From the NCBI GenBank assembly GCA_964016885.1, contig OZ024742.1, positions 271,064,001 to 271,128,000 of the forward strand: a DNA stretch of 64,000 nt, given 5' to 3'. Positions 50,188-64,000 of this stretch are shown piece after piece. The number at the start of each line of letters is the position of its first letter. The first letter of the stretch is position 1. Made by a program: the position numbers and the translations under genes. The stretch is from Eledone cirrhosa. Taxonomy: Eukaryota. The notes beneath the pieces are model-generated. The model did not search any database and was not told where the DNA came from. It was given only the letters and a program-made list of their open reading frames with translations.

Positions 50188-53100
50188 TATATATTTTATT
50201 GGCTTTCATTTTTCATTACTGTGTGGAATCTGCTCTTAGATACATACATTCTAAATCTGTTTTTGTTGCGGATTTAGAATACCATAATTATATACTAGAC
50301 ATGTATAGTCCTATGAATGTCAGTATGTGGCTACTACTCATTTTACCGAAAGGATATTTAACTTTAATGAATATTAAACTAAATCTAGCATAGATGGAAA
50401 TTCAAAAGCAGGCAGTTGACATTCCTTGGCTGCAGAAATGAATTGAATATATGAGGCATAGTATCCCGATATACATCCTGAAATATTGCCTGTGACAAAC
50501 TATCCTAAGAATATCATATGAAGTCTGCTTGGACGATGATTTAAATCAATCCAGGAATTCATTCGAAATTCAAAAGTATTTTAATCCGATTTGAAAAAAA
50601 TAACATAAAATAGGAAGAAAATATTTCTTCAATTGCAGTATAATGAGATAGAAATACTGTATTCGTGCGGAAAATAGGAATACAATCATCACGCTAAAAA
50701 TCACATAGCTCAACCAAAAGGAAATTACATCGAAATGATAATTTCTTAAACAAATGTTTAGGGAAACAAATTTAATATGCTACCCATATTGACACTACCA
50801 TCTAACTCCTCAGTGCATTTAAAGGACAATACACTGATTTCAGATTTTGAACAAACAAAGACTGATCTTTGCCGGGTTTTCTCCTAAAACCTGAGAGAAA
50901 TATCTAACATGTAGAGAGAAAATTGTAATAATATGCAACAATTGACTAAATCAGCCAAGCCAACATTAAATCTCCGTGTTAACGAACTGTCAATACTTAA
51001 AACGAATGAAATAATGAAGTGGAACTACTTACGGAGAACATATGAACTACTTAAAAAAAGATAAATAGTTGTTTTAAACATTCTTTGGGTGCAGCATTAC
51101 ATAATTTCATCGACAGAGGGATAATATACCTTCCGTTCTTTGCTCTCAGTATATTCAGTCAAAATTTCGCTGAAGTGAACATTCCTATTTTCGTGGTCGA
51201 TATGATATAGGATCAATGCAGTGTTATACATTTTTGGAATGTTTAGAGAGTCACTCGATATCACTGTGTCACTCTGCGTTGTGATACAAATATCCTAGTG
51301 ATTATTTGAGTAATAGACTTCATCTCTCACCCGTTTGAACACCACCACCTCACAAACTTTAGCAAACTCACTTTTTTGACGAAATTCGGAAAGTCTCCTA
51401 TTTGAACATATCTTCCATGTTCTCCTTCTCCATCTGTCTTTAACGCTTTGTAAAAATGCCATAAGCGCTGTTAAGTGTTTTCTGATTAAACAATAAAAAA
51501 TATCACGATATTAATTATTAATGTCGGAATCAACAACGGAATATTTCAGTAGTATTTAATTATTTTGGTATCTTTTACGTGAAGTTAACAATTTGTTGCT
51601 TGATGTAAAGGTCAAAGTTTGAATCCACTTAACTTTTGGCATTCTATGGAGTTTTATTTTATTACATTTTTAAAAGATGATTGCTCTCATCTGTGTTAAT
51701 CTCGAATATAAAACAGGGCGAATATTTAATTATAATGAATTTTTCCCTTATTCACATATTTCAGCCATATGCGCAATGTTCTTTATATGTTTTATTTTTT
51801 TTACCATTGAAGTATTTTTTTTTGTTATAATCAATACAAGAATGTCACCTGACATTGCAATCTATATGTTAATATTTTCTAGATGACGTAACTAACTACA
51901 TGTCCCCTATCGATATTAATTTCTTACGCCAAATATGTAATTATCTCTCGGTTTCTAATCGATATTTATGGTGATAACAGTTTTAAATATCTTGCACTGA
52001 TAAATCATTTCTGTTTGAAGGATATCATTTCATTTGCTGTGTATGTAATACATAAGGATCGGCCATTTTATATGCGGTGCTTTGAAGAAAAATATCATTG
52101 CTAATTGATTATTAGGAGGAGCCAGCGAATTGAAACTGTCAGGTCCTTCGAAGCACAGGTAGCTTAAACGTGAAATCAGTACCAAATATGTGCAACAGAA
52201 TTCTTGTAAAACTATCCCACGTGGATAATTGATGTAGTGACTTTGATAGACGGATCCCATCAACAAACCAGGAAAAGGGGCAGTTCCTTTTACAAAAGTT
52301 TAATCACAATGTTTTCCTCAAGCTAAGAACATACTAAACAGCCATTGGCTATGGTGGATACAACTCTAACTGCGTACATGCAAAACGAACCTCTTACTAA
52401 CAAACCCATATCTGCTACTTTAGAAATAATAAATTTCTTCAACGTTTGTAAGATCGCCACAATTTTCAAAGTGCTTAGAACTACCCGATTTGTGTTTTAT
52501 TGCGTATTAAGTTTATTCCACGATTATGTGCATTTATAATATACAGTCTCAATTGGTGTAGAAGTACCTTCTTTTACATGTCATGTGTGTATAGATCTTA
52601 ATCGCAAGCTTTCTTTTATTGAAAAATTCAAATCAAATACAATATTTATTAAACCAATCGTTTGAACATTCATACGATACATATCTTATACTGTTTACAT
52701 CATATCTATTTAAATATTAGTTCATTTCTTTGTTTTTTTCATTTTGTTCTAAATTGTAATTTTTACATTATAACAGATTTCCTCAAAATGGAGTGAAGTG
52801 TGCCATAATTCTGACGACTAATGAAACAACACCTGCTCTATTTTGTTCTGAATTGTAGGTGTAATAAATTGTCTTCTTAATACATCCTTTATTTAGCACT
52901 TACAAACCGTGGTAAACATAACATATTATACAATGTTTCTGGGATGTAGGTTACTACCGTTATTAATTAGGTGTAACATAAATTATAATTAGATATAACA
53001 CAAAGTATCAATATTCCAGTTTGTCAGTGGCACTAGCAAAGTATTAATATTTGACTAATCATGATTACCATAGAAAAGAATGCGAAATTATTTTGTTTTC

Positions 53101-53204
53101 CATCTATTTACGTATACTGAGAAATACATGCACATACACAAAGGTAAGGGAATTTTCGTTAATAGGATTTTCTTTAATTGTGTGAATTTTTTTAAATGTC
53201 TTGA

Positions 53205-53891
53205 ATGAAAACCAGTGCTGCGAAAACTAAGACATTCGTCCTCTCAAGGAGGCTTGCGCAGTGCACACTACATGTGAATGGTGTTCCACTGAAGCAGGTA
53301 GAGGATTTGAAGTACCTCGAGACCGTGTTCACGAGTCATAGAAGGCATGAGGCTCAATCAAGTGAAAGAACTGCAAAGGCTGGTGCAGTAATGCGCCAGC
53401 GTCAGCATTCAGTAATCAGAAGAAGGGAGGTAGGCGTAAAAGCCCAAACAACTATCTTCAATTTGGTTTTCTTGCCAACCCTACCTATGGTCATGAATCT
53501 TGGGTAATGAGTGAAAGAATACGACTGCGAATAGAAGCGGTCGAAATGGGGTTCCACCAAAGGGTGTTTGGAGTAACGTCCCTCGAAGATCAGAGATTCA
53601 CTCCAGTTAGAGACACTACTTCTTCGAATTGAGAGATCACAGCTACGATACTATGGGCATGTGGTTAGAATATCTCAGGAAAGAAACGCAGGGCATATTT
53701 TAGGGGCGAAACCAACATGAACGAAAGGAGGGATAGACCCAGGGTAAACATCTATGATCTTGGATAGTGACGCTTTGACATTCAATCGGATCAGTTAGAG
53801 ACGGTTACATCATACAGAACCCGTTTGAGGGAGTGTTTGAGTACAACCCTCTCAGGAATAAGTGAGTGAAGAAAAGAAGAATAAGAAGAAG
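53205..53891 (+). mobile_element. RTE-like LINE 3' fragment
   Basis: KTKTFV..NGVPLKQVEDLKYL, YGHESW, RIEAVEM, QLRYYGHVVR; ends in (GAA)n. Confidence 0.85.
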
Positions 53892-54767
53892 TATTCCACC
53901 TTAGAATTCTAAACAAAGATATTATGGACTCTTGGATTATTTGTGGTTTCTGTTCTTGGATGGAATCGGTAGCAAATCGCTTATATTAAAAAGGGTAAGG
54001 CTTATTTCCTAACGTGCGGTACATATGAACTCGCGGTGGTGTATTTGGTTTCTCAGTTCATTAATATAAGAAACTTAGATGTGTTTATCTTCATTATACA
54101 TGCTATTTATTTATTTATTTAATCAATATAAATGTCCGTATAGAGCTAGTAATCAATGACAGGCTAAGGGAAGTATCTAATACTCCTTACAGTTGGTAAT
54201 CAAAAAGCCTTATTGTGATAAGTAATAAAAAATATAAAATGGGAAAGAAACAGGAAAACAAATTCAAATAGTGAAGACCAGTGGGAGGCAGATTATGCAT
54301 AAGAAAATGAAAACGTAAAGGAAACTCAGAAACAAGGGATGCCGTCAAACAGCTAGAAGTTTCTGTTGTTGAATCTTTTCATAGCTTCCTTGTACTCATA
54401 GATATTGTTAATATTTGGTAGACCTGTAAACATATATTGATATTGGTAGTTTTTTAAATATTGATTTCATAAATATTTATTACATAAAAGTCTGTTTTCT
54501 TGATGTACATAAACATAATATCTATGGAGTTACACTCCCTCTGCATTATGTCTAATTTAGAGATTAGGTCTGATCTAATCAGCGGAGGTACCTTGATGCG
54601 CCATAATAGCATGTATTGGATATAAAAAAGAGAATTTTGTGAATTCCTTTTTTCTATTGGTTCAAGTCATATAGTAGACGGTCTTGAAAAAGAAATATGT
54701 CAAATGTTGAGCCACAAAAGTTTAAATAAAATTCCTTTAGTTCACGCTCTTTGTTTAGGTAATTTGG

Positions 54768-54940
54768 TTCAGAGCGTCAGACACCATGCTTTGTAGCATA
54801 GAGTTATGGCATATTACGTTCTCAGTTCAAATCCCCCCTAGGTTAATTTTGGGTTTCATCCTTACGGGGTCGATAAAATAAAGCACCAGTAATGCATTGG
54901 GATAATTTCTGGCCTTGTGCGAAAAGTAGAATCAATTATT
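54768..54940 (+). mobile_element. SINE family A, sense orientation
   Basis: B-box-like GTTCAAATCC, then TTTCATCCTTACGGGGTCGATAAAATAAAG..CTGGCCTTGTGC. Confidence 0.8.
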
Positions 54941-55399
54941 ATTAGTATTACTATCAGAAAAAACCACCCTACGGGTGGTTTTCTGCCAGCATGTGTAGTG
55001 TGTATATTGATATTATACACAAATACATTTGCATGTAAATATGATACATCAAATAAAATCGTAAATGACAATATACACAGAAATTGAACAAAGCCTATGT
55101 TACTCTGTAATCAGTAATCCATGATATATTAAACAAAAGACGACCTTATATATAATTCTTAGAAGAAATTTAGCGACGGAAATAAATGCAATTATAAGTG
55201 TTATAATATAACGGCCGCTAACCGGAAGTGTTGACATTTGATAATTTTAAAGAAGTGAATTTTAAAGATTAAGCTATAAAATATATTTAATCAACAGCCA
55301 CGAAATTTAGCACATGAATTATGTAATATTCATTCTTAATTTATTCAAAGTAATTTACAACCGGAGTAAAAAAATATATTCTGGACGCAATCCCGCAGA

Positions 55400-56560
55400 C
55401 CTTCCTTTATTATAGTTAAGATTGTTGACATTCAAATCTTTGTGCCAAGTTGTTTATGCCCGTTGTTTTGAGCTATTTTCATTATTAATGGATACATCGC
55501 TGTTCCGTCGTTGGCTTTCTGGCGTGGTGATTGTGGTATTGTTCATATATTAATAGTTATAGTGGCGTGCCCATTGCACATGTGGTGTCATTCCTTAGTG
55601 GTGTCGTTTTTTACAGGACAGTTTGTGTTGCAGTGTGATATGGATGAGCAGCGGTTGCACTTGTTATTAAAAAGGAAAGCTTTCACTCTACCTCCTTTAA
55701 AATCTTCTTTGAGATCAGCGTACCCTTGATTGAGCAAAGAATATTGGGATTGCGTTTTCACCTATTAAATGTTGATGATGTCTTGGGTTAAATGACTGTT
55801 ATTTTTATTTTTATTTATCAGTGCCTAGGATTTGTATCCTTTATTTTTTGTGGATATGGAGTTTTCATCTATCTCCTTACGCAAATTGTGTATCGGAATT
55901 TGGTGTGAGTGTTTGATACGATTCAATCTATCATCTAGAAAATATTGTGCAATTGAATGCTTAAAATGTTCCTCTGTTATTCTTTCTAATTTGTTTTCTA
56001 CTTTCGTTAGCCGTATGTCGTTTATTTTTTACTCCTGTTATTTATTTCTCTGACAGAAGACACTTCATAGTGGTGTACCAGTTGATTTTGCTTTGGAGAG
56101 CAAGGTGCTACTATGTTGGACGAGGGTTAAATTTAAATATGTAACTCTCCAGTTTATGTTTATCCTTGGATGGGATGTCAGACTGGGATTATTTTTCTTC
56201 ACAACAGCGTGCCAAATGTTTGCTGTTGTTGTCTATGGTTTGTTTTGTTTACGTCAAATCTTGATGGTTTTTTTTTTTTGTATTTGACTTGCTGCTTTGT
56301 TTAATTGGCTCCCTTTCGATGTACTTTTCAATTTGCTTGAATTTGGTCACCACATTGGTTTGGTCTCGGTGTGTTGCCGGTGTTATTGGATGGAGGATAT
56401 TGACTGCTTCTTCTAAAATTATTAATCCCACCCATAAGTCATTGAGTCTTTCTTGGTCTATGTTTAGATTTGGCTTATTTCTAATTTGCATCAGGATATC
56501 CACTATATGATGTATGGTAATATTTGGTCTATGAATTACTAATTTGTTTCCGAGTATTTG
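55400..56560 (-). mobile_element. Decayed gag-like ORF1 of a retroelement
   Basis: Minus-strand CNRCSSISHCNTNC (CX2CX4HX4C) at 55618-55659 and a second broken knuckle downstream; boundaries uncertain. Confidence 0.5.
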
Positions 56561-57819
56561 GTTCTATCCACCAATTCTGCACCGATTCTCACGATCAAGG
56601 ACTGCATTGTAGCAATTGCATGTTAGTGTTCAAGTACGATTTAATGTCATTGGGGTTGTCAGCTCTCCAAGCAAATGCTCTTCCTTTCAAATAATACTTT
56701 TGTTTGTTTCTCATGAATGAAGTGCTTACATAATCTGAATGCTCGTACCCTGCTTGACGTTGCTCATATTATTTACGTAAGTGTTTCTTTCACATCCATT
56801 TACCCCCACTCTTATTGATATAGCTATGATTGTGTTGTTTTACGTTTTACACTTCTCAACTCTCCAAATCAGCTGATGCTATTGTTATTATTCAATTCAT
56901 ATATGTACTGCATATTGTGTTTTTTTATCGGGTGCTTATTCTATCAGGAAACTCCAATTTCCCTCGGCACTAACCAAACTATAGAATAGATTACTTTATT
57001 AATTCTGTAATATTTGAGATCTTTTATCCTGTGTAATGGATTACTATTTGTCTTGTAGATTCGGCAGGCATTTCCTTCCATCCATTTATTATTGATTTTC
57101 TTAAAGACTACTTTACAATATAATGTTTCCCTTAGATGTCCATGCATTCTTACCACAAGTTTTCGTTTTTGTCAGCCTATTTTCAATTCTGGCGTCTAAT
57201 TGTAATGCATATTTCTACTGATCAATTACAATCAGTATTGTGCTGTACGTATATATTCTGTCAGAATATCATTTGCCTTTCCTCTTTCACAATACTATAA
57301 AATGTGAACCAGTAAAGACATGAAGGATGTTTGTCAAACCCTCCTGTTAAACTGTATAGAAACATTTCAGGGTGAAAAGTTTTAAATTTTGGTGTTATAT
57401 GCAAGTACACACGGCTTTCATTTGCTTAGAACTATTTACATATTTACATATAGGAATACAAAGCTTCGTATATATCAAATGAATTAATATATTGCCTATA
57501 GTGTACATTTACATATCTTTTTATATATTATCCTAAAACCATTCACAATTTCTCTCTATTTTATATACATGATGTGTAAATGCCCATGCAGCACGCTAAT
57601 AAAGTCAATAAAATAATTGTGTATATAATCATGCGTTCGAATTGGAAGAAATTATCTATAATGTAGAGAGTGTATCTAAATTAACATCCCATCTAGTATT
57701 TGGCACTGTAGATTTGTAATTCCATATTTAATGGTGTTACTTAACGCTGCAATAGATGATATCCGACATTTACTTGATAAATTTAATGCTGAGTGCTGAT
57801 TTGATGGAAAGAAAATTAG

Positions 57820-58537
57820 TGTAACGAAATATGAGACACCCTTCCTTTCAAGGTAGCCTGGGCAGTGCACGCTACATGTGAATAGAGTTCCACTGAAGCA
57901 GATAGAGACTTTCAAGTGTCTCGGGGCAGTATTCCTGGGTGAAAAACATGCAGGAGCCTGAATGAAGTACAATAATTGCAGGAGCTGGTGCAGTAATACT
58001 CCAGCTTCAGCATTCAGTAATCAGAAGAAGAGAAGTATGTGTAAAATCCACACTCGCTATCTTCAATTCGGTATTGATGTCAAACCTTCGTTATGGTAAT
58101 GAATCATGGGTAATGCCGGAAGAATACGATCGCGAATACAAGCGGTAGAAATGAGATTCCTCCGAAGTATCCCTGGATTAACGTTACTCGATAGAGTGCG
58201 TAGCTCGGAGATCAAAGAATCATTTCAGGTAGATATGATACTTCTCCGAATTGAGAGATTACGGCTCCGATACAATAGGCCTGTGGTAGAATGTCTCATA
58301 AAAAGAATCCCTGGACGGATTTTACGAAGAAAACCAACCGATAGGAGGCACAGGGGTAGACCCGGAGCAATAGTGTTGGATACCATCGACGAGCTTCGTT
58401 CGTCTTGATTGTGGATCCTGCCTGATGGGTTGAATATGGTTGCTTCTGACAAGAACGGCTGGAAGAAGTGTTTGACGACTCTTTTTCCAAGACCTTCTGA
58501 GAAATTCAAGATTACGTAGGCGAAGAAAGAGAAGAAC
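57820..58537 (+). mobile_element. RTE-like LINE 3' fragment, same family as 53205
   Basis: RIQAVEMRFLRSI.GLTLLDRVRS..LRIERLRLRY..RGRP; DNA is colinear with 53240-53890; GAA-rich end. Confidence 0.85.
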
Positions 58538-60532
58538 ATTTAATGTAATGTTGTCAATTCTTTATTCACACATGCCCATGCACATCATTATATCCAGACA
58601 GTTGTTATATATTGGTTTCCTCTTTGTTTTAAGCAAGTAAACGTTGATTATTTACACATGCACAATATCACGCATTTCAATAATTCTACTATTGAAGTGA
58701 ATGAACGTTCTATTGAAACAATAATTATGGCATTGATCCCAGAATGGTTACATTGGGGCAATCATCGCGATATTTAAATGAAGAAAGTAAATAAACTCAT
58801 GTAAACACATACTGCTTTGTTTGTCAACAAATTAATTTTACCAATCCCTTGACTGCATGTAATAACATATCAAGGCAATAATCTGGACGCGCAATATAAC
58901 ATATTGTATTGATCATATCTCCAGTCAACCATATTGATTTAACGGCTGCTAAAGGGTGAGAGTCAAAGTTAAACATGGATCAATCTGAATGCAAAAGATA
59001 AAGTTCTGTAACACGTCCATACACTGAGATAGGTAAAATAGATGAGCTTTTAACCACTTAAATAACTGCACTATCTAAGCAGAATATATTTCGAACGCAT
59101 GTGTCTAGTATATCCATTACGATTCACATATCCACTCGATTCGGTATTAACTGATATTTGTGTTGGCATTTTCAAGTCAATAGATTTGAAATTACATGAT
59201 TTGGCGTTTGATCCCATTATATGAATTTATGTATTATAGTCTCCTATAGGGTGATTTTCGTTACACATACATTTCTTTGATACTTTTTCTTTTCTTGAGT
59301 GAATGACATAAATCAGAGAATTATTAAATTCATTCTTCTTAAAAAAATGTGTACTATATCGCATGAACAATACACTTTTACGTTTCTATTTATGAAACAT
59401 TATAGAAATCGGAGCCATCTAGAATAGGATTTTTCCGTAGGCGTACAGCTAAAACCATTATTTAAATTACAAATTTGAACTTCGATCCGACAAGAACTCC
59501 TTCATTCAGTCGTATCTTAGTTTCAAAATGCATTAGCTTAGATCGATATACAAATCATTAGTCTTAAACTATGTTCTTATTTACTACATTTTATTGAAGA
59601 AATGCCTCAGTTTAAAATGCAATTCAAAACATCAAGCGGGCAGTGATTTATGTCGCAAAGAACAGAAGATAATATACGCTGAGGAATACGGTCTACTATT
59701 TTTTTTTCTTTTTATATGTGAGACCAAAGGTGCAATTTACAACATCACCCTTTGATTCATGTCACATAACGTGGACGATGTGAAAGGTTCAAACGTTACC
59801 ATATATTTTCTGAATTAACTGTATAGGTAATTTATCTTCTATTTTTTTAGAGGGTGGGGGGAATTGTTATCATTCACACACACATCTGCATTGAAGGCAT
59901 AAAATAATGACATGTCTCTACTTTCAAGCCAAAACATATACTCGTCGTCACCACCATCACCACCATGAGGATACCATATAGAAGTTGCTTCTAACAGCGT
60001 AAATCATTCGGTGTTCATTCAATATAGAGATATGTTGTGTGATGTGATGCGAAACAACGACATGTATGTGGTACGAGTTGTTAAGTTAGATTTACGTATT
60101 ATTCACAACAGTAGAGATAATAATGATAAACTTTATATTTGCTGGCTGGAGATTTGCAGAGCTAGCTCCCTATGTTAGCTTCAGAAACTAAGGAGATTGG
60201 AAATAAGAAATTTCATATAGAATGAATGTAAAAACCTTACATATACAAAACGAGAGATGAACAAAGATCAGTGAATATTAAATTGATGATAACTTGATAT
60301 CAAGCCTAGTAAGACGAATGGGGTACAATATGAAGAAATGTATAATGTGATGATATAGACGAAGAATTATTTAGATAAAATAAATAACTTAATAATTATA
60401 CACATAAAAACCACATGTATGCATCCATCGTTTCTCTTACTATCCACATATCTAATATTACATTCTACATTCGTCATATATATAAATATATATATCGTGA
60501 AATAAGATAACAAGGACGATTGTTTACTCCTT

Positions 60533-60643
60533 CATTACGTTTATTGGTTGGTGACGCGCGTTTCGCCACTGATCAGCTCAAGGTTCGATCTGTATCGATC
60601 TGACCCGAATCTGTAATCCGCGGCTCGTCAGACCCTTGTAATG
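60533..60643 (-). ncRNA. Type I hammerhead with 60-nt stem II
   Basis: Minus strand reads CATTAC..GGT CTGACGA GCCGC...GTGGC GAA ACGCGCGT C ACC..GTAATG; GUC site. Confidence 0.8.
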
Positions 60644-61169
60644 TTAATAGAAAAATGAATATATACTCTATGATAAAGTCAGAAGTTCCTATGGTGGTCA
60701 TTAAAGTTTGTTTTGAATGGTGGGTTAAATCATAGGGATGATTTTGCCTGTAGTGCATGTTGGGGTGGGTGTGGTGATAAGTTGGTGGTGACGGTCGTAG
60801 GTTGAAGTGGACGGTGGTGTGGTGGTGCTGATTGTCAGTAGACAGTTTGGCATGTAGATGTGGCTGATTTTGTGTGTGGTGTGTGTGTGGTTATGTTGTT
60901 TGCGATAAAGATGAAAGGTTGCGGTGTTTATGGTGGTGTGATGATTGTGTTCGTGGTGTCATTTCCATAAGGAGATACATATATAGGCACACTTAGTCTG
61001 ACAAATACGTTGCATACATACACATGTGTATATATATAGAGCCAGTGGAGATGGTGTTATACAAATATACGTACACACAGACACACACACATGCATTGTT
61101 TAGGGAGGGATGATATGTGTTGGCGATGTTGATGGTCGTGGAAGGATGGCGATGTGCTTGGTGGTGGTG

Positions 61170-61545
61170 GTGGCGGGTGCGACATGATATTTACGTGATC
61201 GAATTTTACGCTGGATTACAGGTTAAAATGTGACGTGGAGAACAAAGGAAAAACAGGGTTGTGAATGAGGGATGGTGGACGTATGGCTATGTGTTTGGCG
61301 GTTCTGAGGTGGCGGTGGAGGTGATGTGTTCGACATTATATTTAAATGATCGGATGTTACGATGGATTACAAGTTAAAACCTGACAGAGAGGACAGATAG
61401 AACACAATGTTACTGCGATGAGGGATGTATGGTGGTGTGTCTGTTGCTGGCGGTGGTGGGGGTGATGAGTGCGACATGATATTTACAAAATCTGTTTTAG
61501 AATGGGTTTCATGTTATAGAAGACAATGTACTGAGATGAGGGACG
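61170..61545. repeat. About three imperfect 140-150-bp tandem units in the PLE 3' region
   Basis: CGACAT(G/T)ATATTTA at about 61179, 61331 and 61472, each followed later by GAGGGA. Confidence 0.7.
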
Positions 61546-63704
61546 GTGTGGCAAGGCAAAGGTGGTTATCCCTATATTGAGTCAGGGTTAGTGGGTGGCC
61601 GTCGGCCGAATGTTTATGCAGAGAATGTGGTCATCCTGGTGTGTTTAGAGTTTATAATTATGTCAGATCTAGCGTTTATGGCAGATTTTAATTTAATGAT
61701 CTCAGCCGCCTGGGCCAGGCATAACCTGCAGTGGTTTCTGTCGCTAGGGAGTTGGGCCACGCGTCTTTCAACTGACCATTTGATCTGGTATTCGATGTTC
61801 TTGTCTTTGAGTTCCCAGATTAAGTCCGCCAGTCTTGTTTGGGATCTTTTGGACCTAAAACGTTATAGCAGTTTATTATAACTTTAATAATACTTTATTT
61901 TCTAATCATTTATGATAGAATTAATATTAGAATGAAGGATCCTGTTTAGGTATATAAACATATTATTTGTTAACTTGTTCCCTTGATAAACATGCACATC
62001 TTTGGATTATTTTAGATATTAATAATTTAGATTCGGATTTTTATATATTTGACTCTGTTTTAAATATATCATTTGGATATTTAACTTGTAAGATTACCGG
62101 TTATAATTGAACCGTGTATCATTCATATGTTTTATATATTTTACTTATTTTGCTATGTTTTAGGCGTCATAAAGTTAGATTTGCACATATATATGTTTTA
62201 TGTATATCTAAGTATAAATATAACAAACCATACGAGTCGACAAATATTGGTCTCTCTTTCGACTGAACTGGAGGTAACACTACAATTATAACATTACTAA
62301 TAATGATTGTAATAATCTATTTATTATATGTATATCGTTTCACTAATAGCTATAATACTCTCTCTATATAGTTGTACAAATATGTTTATCTAGTGTAATA
62401 ACATGCTCGTAGTTACATTTTTAAGTAATTTAGATACTCAAATGACTCTCTATTGTTATAAGTGTTAGATATTCCCTGGATGTTCGAAATTATATAATGA
62501 TTATTACTTAATTTAATTTAATTTACTTTATTTTAATTAAATTTAGATTGCCTTCTGCATTCTCTATGTTTAACTCCTCTTTCTATCACATTCGCTGGAC
62601 ATTTTAGAAGTATCTTTTGTCTACTATATATTAAAACCCTCTTCCATTTTAAACTATATTTTTAATATTGGGCATTTTTATGTCTCGCAAACAATTCATT
62701 ATTTTTCACTTTTTACTTTTTATTTTGTATTTAGCCCTTATCCTAAAGACTCATGTAGTTTTGACTTATATATTTATAGTATATATCTATTAAATGATCT
62801 TTTTACAATAATTAATCTAAAACCTTAATTTTTAACAATATTTTCAGTAACTTATTTACTATATTGTATTATGTTATTTATATTTGAAAGGTATCATCTT
62901 AAGTCCTTGGACAATATAATCTTCGTGTAATTTTTCTTTTGATAAACACATATATGTAATTTAAAATTCAGACCTCTTTAAGTTTAATTATAAGGCCTGT
63001 TGATCCTTTAGGCTCTCAAATTGTTAATCAGAAATTCTTTAAAAATTATAACTGTAACTATTTTCTAAGTTATATTATATAAACTGTTGTCAATATTATA
63101 AATAACTTTGGTAAAGTTTACCTTCGTGAGGTTGTTAAAACATTATGTTTTCTTTCTCGTGTTTGTAAATACTTTAAATTTGATTTCATAAAATTTGATT
63201 TTAGAAATTAAATTTGATGGTATACTTTAATATTAATACAGATACCTATTAACTTCTAAAACCTAAAATATTATTCATTACTCTGAACTAACTTAAATTA
63301 AATATTTTGAATATTAACGGTCAACCAGATATGTTTAGATATATATATATATATATAGATGATTGTCTAAAAACTTGAACATATGTGACTACTCTTTGTT
63401 CTCTCTCTGTAATCAACTCTCTTATTTTTGAGGCCTCTACTAACTATATTATCCTATCAGCTATTTCTACCTTTATGCTTTCCTTTCTTTCCTCTTTCTT
63501 CAGTAATTTAATTTTTTTAACTGTTATATTGATGCCAAGTAATTTTAAGCTGTCTCACACGCACCTTCTCTAATGTATGTATTATATATTTTTCTCATAT
63601 TCTCAATATTAAGGTATATAAATATTGAGTTTTGTCATATATTACTCACTACCATGACTCAATCTTATCCATCTACTATATCAGGGTATGTCAGGCATCA
63701 TCTT

Positions 63705-63769
63705 ATTTTATCTGATGAGGATGTACTGTTGAAGTTAACTCAGTACCTCCGAAATATGTATAATAAAAT
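63705..63769 (+). ncRNA. Type I hammerhead ribozyme
   Basis: ATTTTAT CTGATGA GGATGTACTG-TTGAAGTTAACT-CAGTACCTCC GAA ATATGTAT A ATAAAAT; 7-bp stem I, AUA site. Confidence 0.78.
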
Positions 63770-63918
63770 GTACTTCATCACAAAAATATATATTTTGTTA
63801 ATATTTTGAATTAATATTAATAATTCTGGAAAACCAAACCAGTTGAGTGCTTCCAATATATTGTAAAACTCGTGATTTGATTTATTCATTGAACCTTGTT
63901 TAATTTTAAATATATACA

Positions 63919-63952
<34 letters not shown>

Positions 63953-64000
63953 CATACACACACACATATATGTATATGTATAAATATATATATATATATA

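Larger units (their letters stand above)
60500..63500 (-). mobile_element. Second, heavily decayed Penelope-like element
   Basis: Minus strand 61635-61858 reads FRSKRSQTRLADLIWELKDKNIEYQIKWSV..HCRLCLAQAAEII, homologous to the GIY-YIG C-terminus of the 32553 ORF; HHR downstream; the upstream limit is uncertain. Confidence 0.65.

Noticed and set aside
52805-52840. CTGACGA-CTAAT-GAAAC hammerhead-like core
   Set aside because: No stem II, stem III or stem I pairing could be built
54955-54985. Hairpin AAAACCACCC-TAC-GGGTGGTTTT resembling a bacterial terminator
   Set aside because: The context is eukaryotic and the hairpin is isolated next to a SINE tail, with no supporting function

Overview
This is AT-rich, microsatellite-dense eukaryotic (animal) DNA. 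The SINE style suggests a cephalopod such as Octopus, but that is an inference. No intact host gene is recognisable, and most short predicted ORFs are microsatellite or antisense artefacts. The window is a transposon graveyard: two R4/Dong-like RLE LINEs, a Tx1/L1-like LINE plus a second 3' fragment, three Helitrons (including a head-to-tail pair with exact termini), two Penelope-like elements (PLEs), RTE fragments, SINEs and a TA-flanked MITE. The main signal not explained by the ORF track is RNA structure. By eye I find 16 type I hammerhead ribozyme (HHR) motifs, intact or decayed, from several distinct families. Four lie in a perfect 310-bp tandem array at 1-1110 with the architecture of a non-LTR retrozyme that could yield circular RNA. 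Others sit in PLE terminal repeats or in inverted-repeat cassettes, and include compensatory U3-A8 core variants, 60-100 nt stem II insertions and family-specific palindromic stem III sequences. All folds were done manually, and no cleavage activity is demonstrated.
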